This document shows, in pieces, positions 8,369 through 17,575 of a stretch of DNA of 64,000 bases (position 1 is the stretch's first letter; each line of letters begins with the position of its first letter). The translations under genes were made by a program, and so were the position numbers. Source of the stretch: Anaerolineae bacterium (lineage in GTDB: Bacteria; Chloroflexota; Anaerolineae; B4-G1; SLSP01); assembly GCA_034676805.1 (NCBI GenBank), contig JAXDDO010000080.1, forward strand, positions 2,261 to 66,260. The letters run 5' to 3'. The notes beneath the pieces are model-generated. The model was not told the DNA's origin and did no database searches. It worked only from the letters and a program-made list of their open reading frames with translations.

Positions 8369-10105
8369 ATGGTACGCGGCATCCGGGTCGACTACGAAGG
8401 CGATCCTGACAACATCGTGGAGCGCGCCATCGAGCTGTTCACCGAACGGTGCGCAGAGCTCAGTCGAGTTCCTGTAACTCGTGCCGGCACGGCTGATCTG
8501 ATCCTGCGACTGAGACTGGATGCGACGATCGGCGCTGAGGGATTCAGGATTGCGCAAGCCGCCGGTAACGTCATAGAGCTGACTGGGAACGACCCACGAG
8601 GGCTGCTCTATGGGGTCGGTAAGTTTGCGCGCGGTTGCCGTTTCGGCGACGGTGCTATCGAGCCCTCATCCTGGCGCGGCGTGTCGGTGCCAGCGCGACC
8701 GGTTCGAGGGATATACTTCGCCACGCACTTTGGCAACTACTATGAGGCTGCGCCTGTCGAAGAGATCGAGCGCTACGTCGAGGATCTCGCGCTCTGGGGG
8801 TGCAATACGCTAAGTGTCTGGTTCGATATGCACCAGTACGCCGGAATCACCGACCCCAAAGCGCAGCAGATGATCACGCGCCTTCGTCGCATCCTTGACG
8901 CAGCGAACAGAGTAGGCATCCGCGCCGCGCTCACCACGCTGGCCAACGAGGGCTACGCGAACAGCACAGAGGCCCTGCGGGCCGACTGGACAGCAGGGCA
9001 CGATGGCTACACGAGTCCGCCGGGTGGCCACTACCATCGCGAAATCTGCCCCAGTAAGCCCGGCGGTCTGGACTACATCCTGGATACCCGCCGTGAGGTG
9101 CTCGCTGCGTTTCAGGATCTTGATATCGCCTACGTATGGATCTGGCCCTACGACCAAGGAGGCTGCACCTGTGCGCAGTGCGCACCGTGGGGAGCCAATG
9201 GCTTCCTGCGGACGGCGGAGCCCGTCGCCAGGCTGATCCGCGATCAGCTACCCAACACCAAGATCGTGCTGTCTACTTGGTATTTCGACCATTTCACCAC
9301 CGGTGAGTGGGAAGGACTGGCGCGAGCCTTCTCGGATGGCGCGCCTGAGTGGGTCGACCTGCTCCTGGCAGGGGACTTCGGGGGATTCCCGCAGCATTTG
9401 CGCGACCACGGTGTGCCCGGCGACCTACCCGTGGTCAGTTTCCCCGAAATCAGCATGGAGGGCAATTCGCCCTGGGGCGGGTACGGCATGAACCCCAGAC
9501 CGGCGAACTGGGAGGCGTACGAACGGCGCAACGGCTCGTTACTTTCGGGCAGCTTCCCCTACTCTGAGGGGATCTACGAAGACATCAATAAGGTGCTCCT
9601 CCTGCAGCTCAACTGGGCCCCCGAGCGGCCCGCCAACGACATTGTCGAGGAGTATGCGTCCTACGAGTTCTCGCCGGATGTCGCCCACAACATCGTCTCG
9701 GTCGTCGGCACCATGGAGGCGGGTCTAGGGCACGGTCTCAGCCCAGACGTCCGCGAGCAAGTCACGACCAGCGAAGTCCACACGCCTGACGATCTGTGCG
9801 GAAAGGTGCTCTATCGCATCGCTGAGCAACCCCACGCCCAAGATACCATCGACCTGCTCGACGCTGTGGCACTCAGGCTGCCCAATTGGGCACGGACAGC
9901 GTGGCGCTGGCGTCTGCTGTGGCTTCGAGCTGCGCTCGACTCGGAACTGCACCGCAGTGGTGGCCAGTCCACCCATCTGACCGAAGCCTATATCGGCGAA
10001 TTGGCAGGACTCTACCACACCACCGAGGCTCTCCTCGCCGTTACGCCACCCACCCGTAGCGCGCTGTTCCGCATCTTCCGTGAACAGCACGACCGTGAAC
10101 CCTAA
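8369..10105 (+). CDS. Uncharacterised glycoside-hydrolase-like protein (GH20/GH67-type N-domain plus TIM barrel)
   Basis: AEGFRI..GNDPRGLLYGVG..P.RPVRG N-domain; YVEDLALWGCN; WPYDQGGCTCAQC. Confidence 0.65.
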   Translation: MVRGIRVDYEGDPDNIVERAIELFTERCAELSRVPVTRAGTADLILRLRLDATIGAEGFRIAQAAGNVIELTGNDPRGLLYGVGKFARGCRFGDGAIEPSSWRGVSVPARPVRGIYFATHFGNYYEAAPVEEIERYVEDLALWGCNTLSVWFDMHQYAGITDPKAQQMITRLRRILDAANRVGIRAALTTLANEGYANSTEALRADWTAGHDGYTSPPGGHYHREICPSKPGGLDYILDTRREVLAAFQDLDIAYVWIWPYDQGGCTCAQCAPWGANGFLRTAEPVARLIRDQLPNTKIVLSTWYFDHFTTGEWEGLARAFSDGAPEWVDLLLAGDFGGFPQHLRDHGVPGDLPVVSFPEISMEGNSPWGGYGMNPRPANWEAYERRNGSLLSGSFPYSEGIYEDINKVLLLQLNWAPERPANDIVEEYASYEFSPDVAHNIVSVVGTMEAGLGHGLSPDVREQVTTSEVHTPDDLCGKVLYRIAEQPHAQDTIDLLDAVALRLPNWARTAWRWRLLWLRAALDSELHRSGGQSTHLTEAYIGELAGLYHTTEALLAVTPPTRSALFRIFREQHDREP

Positions 10106-10137
10106 TAACGACGATATCGATACTGGGAGCTAACATC

Positions 10138-12222
10138 GTGCCACACAAGGCCGTCACACTGGGACGCTTTGCGCCCACATATGGTTGGCAGAACCGCCTG
10201 CTGCGTGTTGATCTGTCCTCGGGTCGCATCTGGGCTGAACCCACCGAGCCCTACATCCCTGACTACATTGGCGCGCGGGGCATCGCCGCCAAGATCCTTT
10301 GGGACGAGTACCCAGAGCCCGTAGACCCCTTCGATGGACGCTGCCCCCTGATGATCATCCCCGGTGCGCTGACGGGAGCGCGTTCTCCCTACTCGGGGCG
10401 CACTGCCATCTGCACGTTTGGGCCTCAGGGGCACCCATACACTTGGTTCACGCGCGCCAACATCGGAGCGAACTGGGGACACGAGTTGAAGGTTGCCGGC
10501 TACGACGGCGTTGTTATCACCGGCGCGAGCGATACGCCCGTTCGGATCCTGATCCGCGACGACGAAGTCTCCCTGCTCCCGGCGCACGAGCTGTGGGGTA
10601 TGGACGCCCTCCAGGTGCAGGAAGCGATTACCGCCGCTGATGGGCGGGGCGTCAGAACGCTGACTATTGGCCCGGCGGGCGAAGCTCTGTCGCGAATTGC
10701 CACAATCCACACCGGCAGCACATCCGTCGCTGGGCAGGGCGGATTTGGTGCGGTCATGGGCAGCAAGAAGCTCAAGGCGGTCAGCGTCATCGGAAGCGGC
10801 CAAGTAGCGATTGCTCATCCCGAACGCCTCCATGCGCTCTTCCAAGACGTCATCCGGGCCGTGCAGGGCATACGCAGCGCCAGAGATCGGATCGCCAGGA
10901 TGAATGAGCAGTTACGGCAAGAGGGAGGCGGAGAGGTTCGAGCCGTGCCGTGCACACAATACTGCGTCACGCCCTGCCGTGCCGAGTTCCGCAATGTCCA
11001 AGGCCGCCACTTCGATCAGAAATGGTCAAGCGTATTGGGCTGCGTCAGCGGGGTGTTTGGCGGCGGCCGCGGGGCGCTCTATGGCTGGAATCTGGGGATA
11101 AGCGGGACGGTCGAACTCAACACGCACGCCAACCGCCTGGGACTCAACCATTGGGACATCCTCGTCGGCATCGTACCGTGGCTGAGGAGTTCCCAAGCCC
11201 ACGGGCTCATCTCGGATATCAATGGCCAAGCGATGGATTGGAACTCCCCCGATTTCTGGGTCGCGCTCCTGGATGCTACCGCCTACCGGCAAGGCATAGG
11301 CGAGGCTCTAGCTGATGGCGCGTGGCGAGCTGCACACGAGCTCGACCTCGGCGTCGAGATCATGCGTCGCTACTATACCGGTTGGGGCTACTCAGGCCAT
11401 TGGGACGGTCACGCGACGTTCATCAACCGCATCGTGTATCCCTTTTGGATCGTCGCTGCGCTTCACTGGGCCATGGATACTCGCGACCCCGCCAGCAGTA
11501 CCCATGGCTACGTCCAGAGCGTCATGCACATGGGGCCATGGGGCATCGGAGGCATGGGAGAGAATCCCATTACATGGGACCAGATGCGAGCCATCGGCGA
11601 ACGCGTCTATGGCCGTGCTGACACACTCGATCCGCTCAGCGGCTATGAGGGCAAGGCAATTCCGGCAGCCTTCCACGGGTTGCGCTCGGTTATCAAAGAC
11701 TGTCTGCCTACCGACGACCAGGTCTTCCCACTCATCTACAGCACGCAGACAGACGATCACTTCGTGCGCGTGGGTGACATCGACGGTCCCGACACGGAGG
11801 CCCACCTCTTCGCTGCAGGTACAGGCATCGACTGGGATCCTGTAGAGTTCAGCCGGGCGGCGGAGCGCATATTGAACCTCGAACGAGCGAACACCATCCG
11901 CCACTTTGGCCGCGACCGCACAATGGACGAACGCGTTCTCCCCTCCTTTGAGTACGATGAGAACTGGATCAACCCTGAAATCGGTGAACGCATCGCGCTG
12001 GACCGCGAGCAGTTCCGCCCTGTGATGGACGAATACCTGCGGTTGCGAGGGTGGGACCTGGAGACCGGCTGGCCCACTCAGGAGAAACTCAATGAACTTG
12101 GAATGGGTGACGTCCACGTGCCGATGACCAAGGGCGCCGCTGCAGCCCGAGCCAGGCTACCCAAGCTGGAGCCCGTCTTGCCCGTAGTTGATATCCACCG
12201 CAACGACCCCGATCGCGAATAG
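10138..12222 (+). CDS. Tungsten/molybdopterin aldehyde:ferredoxin oxidoreductase family (YdhV-like)
   Basis: GWQNRLLRVDLS, YIGARG, LKVAGYDG, IGPAGE, GGFGAVMGSKKLKAV, RGWD..TGWPT..KL. Confidence 0.9.
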   Translation: MPHKAVTLGRFAPTYGWQNRLLRVDLSSGRIWAEPTEPYIPDYIGARGIAAKILWDEYPEPVDPFDGRCPLMIIPGALTGARSPYSGRTAICTFGPQGHPYTWFTRANIGANWGHELKVAGYDGVVITGASDTPVRILIRDDEVSLLPAHELWGMDALQVQEAITAADGRGVRTLTIGPAGEALSRIATIHTGSTSVAGQGGFGAVMGSKKLKAVSVIGSGQVAIAHPERLHALFQDVIRAVQGIRSARDRIARMNEQLRQEGGGEVRAVPCTQYCVTPCRAEFRNVQGRHFDQKWSSVLGCVSGVFGGGRGALYGWNLGISGTVELNTHANRLGLNHWDILVGIVPWLRSSQAHGLISDINGQAMDWNSPDFWVALLDATAYRQGIGEALADGAWRAAHELDLGVEIMRRYYTGWGYSGHWDGHATFINRIVYPFWIVAALHWAMDTRDPASSTHGYVQSVMHMGPWGIGGMGENPITWDQMRAIGERVYGRADTLDPLSGYEGKAIPAAFHGLRSVIKDCLPTDDQVFPLIYSTQTDDHFVRVGDIDGPDTEAHLFAAGTGIDWDPVEFSRAAERILNLERANTIRHFGRDRTMDERVLPSFEYDENWINPEIGERIALDREQFRPVMDEYLRLRGWDLETGWPTQEKLNELGMGDVHVPMTKGAAAARARLPKLEPVLPVVDIHRNDPDRE

Positions 12223-12289
12223 GTTCTGGATTGCGCAGCTGACTATAACTACGCGAAGTTGTGCGACTAGCCATCGGTGCACGCTCACA

Positions 12290-12321
12290 GGGACGGGGCC
12301 GGATCTCTCCGGCCCCGTCCC
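12290..12321. terminator. Hairpin between convergent genes
   Basis: GGGACGGGGCCGG-ATCTCT-CCGGCCCCGTCCC, 13-bp perfect stem. Confidence 0.7.
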
Positions 12322-12422
12322 TTCAGATCATTCTGGCAGGTCTCGAAAGCGGCAGCTTTGCCTGACCGCGGTCGCTGTCAAGCACGCACACGTTACTGGG
12401 GCGCTGCGCCGGTCGTCCGCCC

Positions 12423-14357
12423 CTATCGTCGCAAACGCAGCACCGTAGCATCGTTGGCCGCAATCGCGCAGACACCGTTGCGCGGTGGCTCGCCGACGAG
12501 CGTCTCCGCCACCGACCAGCCCGCTGCCAGGCTCAGATTCGTGCGTACGGGTTCTGGACTGTAGTTGATGAGAATGGCAAGGCAACTAGCGCCCCCACCT
12601 TCGGGATGCTCCGTAACCCCAACCATTGGATGATCCTCGCGCACGATCCGTTTCGCGATCTGGGCCGACGCCACTTGTGCATAGAGGCGCCAGTATGGAG
12701 GCGCGCCGGTCAGATGGAACGCGCCTGGCGTCTCACTCAGGTAGGTCTCCAATGGTAGCGACAGGAAGTAGAGCGTCCCCTTCCCCAAGGCGGTTCGGGT
12801 GAAGACGGGATTTCCATCGACCTCGTTTGCCAGGACGCGTGCGCCCGTGCTGCGCAGGTTGAGGCGGATAGGGCCGCCGATCGGCAGACTCACCGAATGC
12901 TGAGAACCCCCAAGTGCGATCTCCGCGGGCGCAGTTCGCCGCTCACGCGTCACGACCTCCACCCTGAAGTACTCTGCAAAAGGCACGAGCATCGCATCGC
13001 GGTGCGATATGTAGACGGTGGCCCCCTCCTCCGCCCGCTTGAGCAGGTCCAACCAGAACCTCCGCGAGAAGTAGCGCGATCCCGACAGGGAGGGAACCAG
13101 ATATAGGCTGGCATCCCGCAACGGCTGATCGCCGTACTGGAACCGCAGATCGAATCCGGCCTGCTTGGCAAGCACAAATGCGCTGTATGCCGCCCCCCAT
13201 TGATCCTGCCCCTCGCTCAGAATGCACACGGCCTCCGCCGTGTGCGCCGGCAACTCGGTGGAGCCAAGGCGCTCGATTCGTTCACGGAACGACCGCATCT
13301 CTTGCAGGACCGGCTTCGGTTCGCGATCGGCACGCACCAGGCCCAGCTCCCGCTCGTAGGGATCCCAGTCATAGGGCGCTCCGGTGAGGTGCTTCTGATC
13401 ATACGCACACCACCAGAGCAAGCCGTGACAGTCGTGTGCCCAGAGTGAGTAGAGGACCATGCGCACGTAGGAAGCGACGACATCTTCGCTGCACACAAAC
13501 GGGCCCAGCGTGCCCAGCTCCTCCGCCAGCCCGGCAACACCCCCGATGTCAGAGTAGAGCCGGGTCTCCGCTGTCGCGTGGAGCCCGTTGCGGATGGTGT
13601 GGATGGGATCCTGGTCACAGTGCGGCGTGAAAATGGGGTAAGGGTGGGTCGTCAGCACGTCGGTCAGCTCTGCTTGGTCCTGGATGCGCCATGTCCCGCT
13701 TCGGCTCGGCGATAGGCTGTGCATTCCCGAGACAATGGGTCGCGTCGCATCCTCCTGTCGTATGGCACCAGCCACCGCGTTGGTCCATACCCAAGCTTCC
13801 TCTCGGCTCGCAGCGGCCATGCAGTTACACTCATTGCCCAAGTCCCAGGCCAGGATCGCGGGGTGATTCCTGAACGTACGCACGAAGTGGCGCACGAAGC
13901 GTACCTCCCAAATCACTGCCATCGGATCCGTCAACACGTTGAGACGCTCAAAGGCAGGGGGAACGAACAACCGTCCGCTCATCCAGCCAGTCACCAGCCC
14001 CACCAACAGCCTCAGACCGTAGACCTCGGCCCGGTCTGCCAGAAAGCGGAAGCGGTCCATCATCTCCTCGGAGACCCCAGCGCGCCCCGCGTCGGTATCC
14101 GGCAATGGCTCCTCGCCGGTCCGCAGTTCCACCGGCTGGCCGCCACCGCCGTAGAGCTGCGTCAGTGGTTGGAAATCGGGCCAGAGTGGGAAGACCCGGA
14201 GCACCTGCTGGCCCTCCTCGGCCAACTGCCTCAGGTCTGCGTCGACGACGCCGGGCCGCCAGTCAGACCACATCGACGTCCCGGCGTGCGAAGCCCAGTA
14301 GTTGCAGCCAATCACGAACGTCCCAGGCGTTGTGAGTACGTTACCGTCCTTCATCAC
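12423..14357 (-). CDS. Clan GH-A glycoside hydrolase (GH5/GH42-like, beta-mannanase-like) with trimerisation-type C-domain
   Basis: GCNYWASHAG, LRVFPLW, WDLGNE acid/base, HPYP, AEELG nucleophile, WWCAYD. Confidence 0.85.
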   Translation of the reverse strand: MMKDGNVLTTPGTFVIGCNYWASHAGTSMWSDWRPGVVDADLRQLAEEGQQVLRVFPLWPDFQPLTQLYGGGGQPVELRTGEEPLPDTDAGRAGVSEEMMDRFRFLADRAEVYGLRLLVGLVTGWMSGRLFVPPAFERLNVLTDPMAVIWEVRFVRHFVRTFRNHPAILAWDLGNECNCMAAASREEAWVWTNAVAGAIRQEDATRPIVSGMHSLSPSRSGTWRIQDQAELTDVLTTHPYPIFTPHCDQDPIHTIRNGLHATAETRLYSDIGGVAGLAEELGTLGPFVCSEDVVASYVRMVLYSLWAHDCHGLLWWCAYDQKHLTGAPYDWDPYERELGLVRADREPKPVLQEMRSFRERIERLGSTELPAHTAEAVCILSEGQDQWGAAYSAFVLAKQAGFDLRFQYGDQPLRDASLYLVPSLSGSRYFSRRFWLDLLKRAEEGATVYISHRDAMLVPFAEYFRVEVVTRERRTAPAEIALGGSQHSVSLPIGGPIRLNLRSTGARVLANEVDGNPVFTRTALGKGTLYFLSLPLETYLSETPGAFHLTGAPPYWRLYAQVASAQIAKRIVREDHPMVGVTEHPEGGGASCLAILINYSPEPVRTNLSLAAGWSVAETLVGEPPRNGVCAIAANDATVLRLRR

Positions 14358-14372
14358 CTCTATCGCTCCTGG

Positions 14373-15656
14373 CTAGTACGCCAAGTCTCGAAAGCCCTGA
14401 ACCGTGTGGAACGTGATCATGTTGCCATCGTGAGCACTGTGGGCACGCCTGTCCCCGGAGCGGCTGAGAATGTGTAAGTCGTCGCCATCGATCACCATGC
14501 TGGCATAGTGCCGTGAGGCATGCTCTGTGGGGCCAACGGCCACCAGCCCCGCGAAGCACCAGTCGATCATGTTCCGCGAGAAATGCAGTTGCAGCCTGCG
14601 GCGCTGGTTGTTGGGTAGGTTGAACCGGTCGTCGGTCAGGCGGCCCGGCCGCGTCATGCTATCGGTGGCCTGGGTGCTCAGCAGCCAGTACAGGTGGGTC
14701 ACGTCGTCATACAGTACGTGGAACTTCATCTGGCCACCCGGGCACGGCACATAGAGCACACGCTTGCCTGAGGGCGTCGTCTCCAGCAGCGTGGTCATCC
14801 GCCCGCTGCCTGGCTCTGACCCCAGCTCAACGACTTTGGCAATGCACGCATACCCTGTTCCACCCGTGTGTGCCCGCATCCAGAGGTGGAAGGTCTTGCC
14901 TTCGGGATCGGTCCACAGATGGTCGGGATCGACGAACTGCACAACGTTCGTCTCCAGCCAACCGATAGGCGCGCAATTGCGTCCAGGCGCGACGTCGCTG
15001 CCTGCGGGATACGGGCAGTCCCAGAACGGAACTCCGAAGTAGTCAATCGCCGGGTCAGTCTCTACGTTCGGGAGCACATCGCGGAACGAGAGCTCTGACG
15101 CGAAAGCCCACGATTGGCGAAGCAGCAGGTCGGCGCCCAGCCGTCCCCGCATGAGCACCGGCGCCATCTCACCCACGTACCAGGTGCGGATGTCCTGTGT
15201 GACCCGGCGCTCCATCACCAGATAGACACATCCGTTAGCGTAGTGCACGTTGCAAGGCGCTTGGTGCCAGAACTGCCCGTCTGTCAGCCGCGATGGTCCC
15301 GACCACGTCTCACCCGCATCGTCCGAGCGAACGATCATCAGATCGCGTGCGTGCCCCAGAACGTAGACCGACTCTCCGGCGACGAAGGGTCTCGCGTGCA
15401 TGAAGGGGTAATATGCACGGAAGTCCCAGGTGCGCCCTCGGTCGTCAGAGGTGTAGATACGGCCCTGCCAGAAGCGCTGCGCCTCCGGAATCTCAGCCTT
15501 GGGTCCATCGAGCTCAGCCAATCCTGGCCCACCCCAATCCGTGGTCACCACCAAGCGGCCGCTCGATAGCCGGGCCAGACCGGGGCTGTAGCAGAAAACG
15601 CGGTCCGGGTCGGGCGACTCGCAGACACTGACAAACGCATCAGCTATAGGCTTCAT
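14373..15656 (-). CDS. Sialidase-like BNR/Asp-box beta-propeller protein
   Basis: Asp-boxes TSDDRGRTW and RSDDAGETW. Confidence 0.75.
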   Translation of the reverse strand: MKPIADAFVSVCESPDPDRVFCYSPGLARLSSGRLVVTTDWGGPGLAELDGPKAEIPEAQRFWQGRIYTSDDRGRTWDFRAYYPFMHARPFVAGESVYVLGHARDLMIVRSDDAGETWSGPSRLTDGQFWHQAPCNVHYANGCVYLVMERRVTQDIRTWYVGEMAPVLMRGRLGADLLLRQSWAFASELSFRDVLPNVETDPAIDYFGVPFWDCPYPAGSDVAPGRNCAPIGWLETNVVQFVDPDHLWTDPEGKTFHLWMRAHTGGTGYACIAKVVELGSEPGSGRMTTLLETTPSGKRVLYVPCPGGQMKFHVLYDDVTHLYWLLSTQATDSMTRPGRLTDDRFNLPNNQRRRLQLHFSRNMIDWCFAGLVAVGPTEHASRHYASMVIDGDDLHILSRSGDRRAHSAHDGNMITFHTVQGFRDLAY

Positions 15657-16183
15657 CCCAACACCTCCCGGAAAAACGTCTCTCCCAGCCGGGCCTTCTC
15701 ATCCACATAGATCTGCCGCACGCCCTGTGCGCGGGCAAGTGCCGCCTGTTTCAGTTCCAGGTAGGCCTGGCGGAGCTCGGGACTCGCTCTGAGCTTGTCC
15801 CGAAAGACCAGATGCCTCGCCAGCTCAGCAGACCCCGATGGGCACACATACAGATGGTGGGCGGGCCAAATGAGCCGAGCTTCCGTGAACGGAACGTCGG
15901 GCGATCTCCGGCTATAGGCGTACCGATCTGGAATGCCCTGATCCCCTTGGTACACGTACCCCAGCAACTGCAGCACAGCGGTCGCAGCCTCCAAACAAAC
16001 ACCAGGCACCAACTCGATGTCGATATCGATGACCGGCTTCGCCGCCATCCCCGGAATCGCTGTGCTGCCTACGTGATGAATTGCGGCCGCCAGTCCGCCG
16101 AGGGCAGGAGCGAGCACCGCCGCCAGCCTGTCGAAAGACTCGGGCCAAACGGGATCGTAGTCGACCACGATGGCGTCAGGCAA
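15653..16183 (-). CDS. GrpB/UPF0157 nucleotidyltransferase-fold protein
   Basis: VVDYDPVW, IHHVGSTAIPG..AKPVIDI, HHLYV, FRD.LR, Y..LK; TTG start with GGAGG, overlapping both neighbours. Confidence 0.9.
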   Translation of the reverse strand: MPDAIVVDYDPVWPESFDRLAAVLAPALGGLAAAIHHVGSTAIPGMAAKPVIDIDIELVPGVCLEAATAVLQLLGYVYQGDQGIPDRYAYSRRSPDVPFTEARLIWPAHHLYVCPSGSAELARHLVFRDKLRASPELRQAYLELKQAALARAQGVRQIYVDEKARLGETFFREVLG

Positions 16184-17510
16184 ACACCGCCTCCATCCCG
16201 TGCGCCTCGATCAGCGCGTCGCACAGCGCGCGGATCTGGTCGAGCGTTAGTTCGGCGCTCGTGTGCGGATCGAGCATCGCCGCGTGGTAGACGGCGTCAC
16301 GCTTGCCCGTGAAGGCCGCCTCGATCGTCAAGAGCTGAACATTGATGTTGGTCCGGTTCAGCGCCGCCAGTTGCTCGGGCAGCTCACCCACGTACGTACC
16401 CTGCACCCCGTTGCGGTCGACCAGGCACGCGACCTCGACAACCGCCTTCTGGGGTAGGTTGGTGATCAATCCGGTGTTCAGCACGTTGCCGCCGATGCGG
16501 AAGGGCACGTCGGTCTCCATAGCCTCCATAATGTACGAGCCATACTCATGGGTGCGAGTGTGCGTCAGATCGGGGTTCGCCACCAGCTCCTTGCTTCGCT
16601 CCTTCCACGCCGCGATCTGGTTGATGCACCGTCGCGGATACTCGTCCAACGGGATGTTGTACCGCTCGATCAGCTCGGGATACTGGCTCTTGATCCAATA
16701 CGGCATGTACTCGGCGCTGTGTTCTGACGACTCAGTCACGTAGTAGCCGAAGATGTCCATCAAAGCGAAGCGCACCATATCCCAGTGCTTGCTGCCACTT
16801 CCGTCCAGCGCAGCCGCGTTCATCGCCTTCGCGCGGCGCTTCACCTCCGGGTACAGGTCCTGGCCACCGTCGGTGAGTTCCAGCAGCCACGCCTGATGGT
16901 TGATGCCAGCGATCTTCCACTGCAGCACATTCACATCGTCCAGCATCCCCAGGTGCCCCAACAGACCCCGCGCGCAGGCTTGGACCGAGTGACACAGTCC
17001 CACGGTCTTGATCCCGGACCCACGCAGCATCGCGCCCGTGATCATCGCCATCGGATTCACATAGTTGAGAAACCAGGCATCTGGACAGACGTCTTCCATG
17101 TCGCGCGCAAAGTCCAGGCAGACCGGGATCGTGCGCAGCGCCCGGAAGATGCCGCCGATGCCCAGCGTATCGCCGATAGTCTGGCGTAGTCCAAAGCGCT
17201 TGGGCACCTCGAAATCGATGACAGTAGCAGGCTCGTAGCCGCCGACCTGGATCGCATTGACCACGTAGCTGGCCCCTGCTAGCGCATCTCTGCGCTCAGC
17301 CACTCCCAAGTGGGACGTGATCGTCGCCCGACAGGCGTTCACGTTCCTGTTGAGCGCGTCCAACATCAACCGCGACTCACGCAGTCGGTCGCCATCGATG
17401 TCGTAGAGGGCGATCTCAGCATCGCGTAGAGGTTCACTCAGCATGCAGTCGCCCAGGACATTCTTGGCAAAGACGGTACTCCCAGCACCCATAAAGGCGA
17501 TTTTCACCAT
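16176..17510 (-). CDS. melA: NAD+-dependent alpha-galactosidase, GH4
   Basis: KIAFMGAGS, QTIGDTLGIGGIFRALRT, NYVNP, GLCHSV, GINH, TESSEH. Confidence 0.9.
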   Translation of the reverse strand: MVKIAFMGAGSTVFAKNVLGDCMLSEPLRDAEIALYDIDGDRLRESRLMLDALNRNVNACRATITSHLGVAERRDALAGASYVVNAIQVGGYEPATVIDFEVPKRFGLRQTIGDTLGIGGIFRALRTIPVCLDFARDMEDVCPDAWFLNYVNPMAMITGAMLRGSGIKTVGLCHSVQACARGLLGHLGMLDDVNVLQWKIAGINHQAWLLELTDGGQDLYPEVKRRAKAMNAAALDGSGSKHWDMVRFALMDIFGYYVTESSEHSAEYMPYWIKSQYPELIERYNIPLDEYPRRCINQIAAWKERSKELVANPDLTHTRTHEYGSYIMEAMETDVPFRIGGNVLNTGLITNLPQKAVVEVACLVDRNGVQGTYVGELPEQLAALNRTNINVQLLTIEAAFTGKRDAVYHAAMLDPHTSAELTLDQIRALCDALIEAHGMEAVFA

Positions 17511-17575
17511 GGCTTCCTCCCAGAGTGTTCTCTTGTCTCCATCAAGCAATCGAGTACTACCAGGCGCGCTACGCG

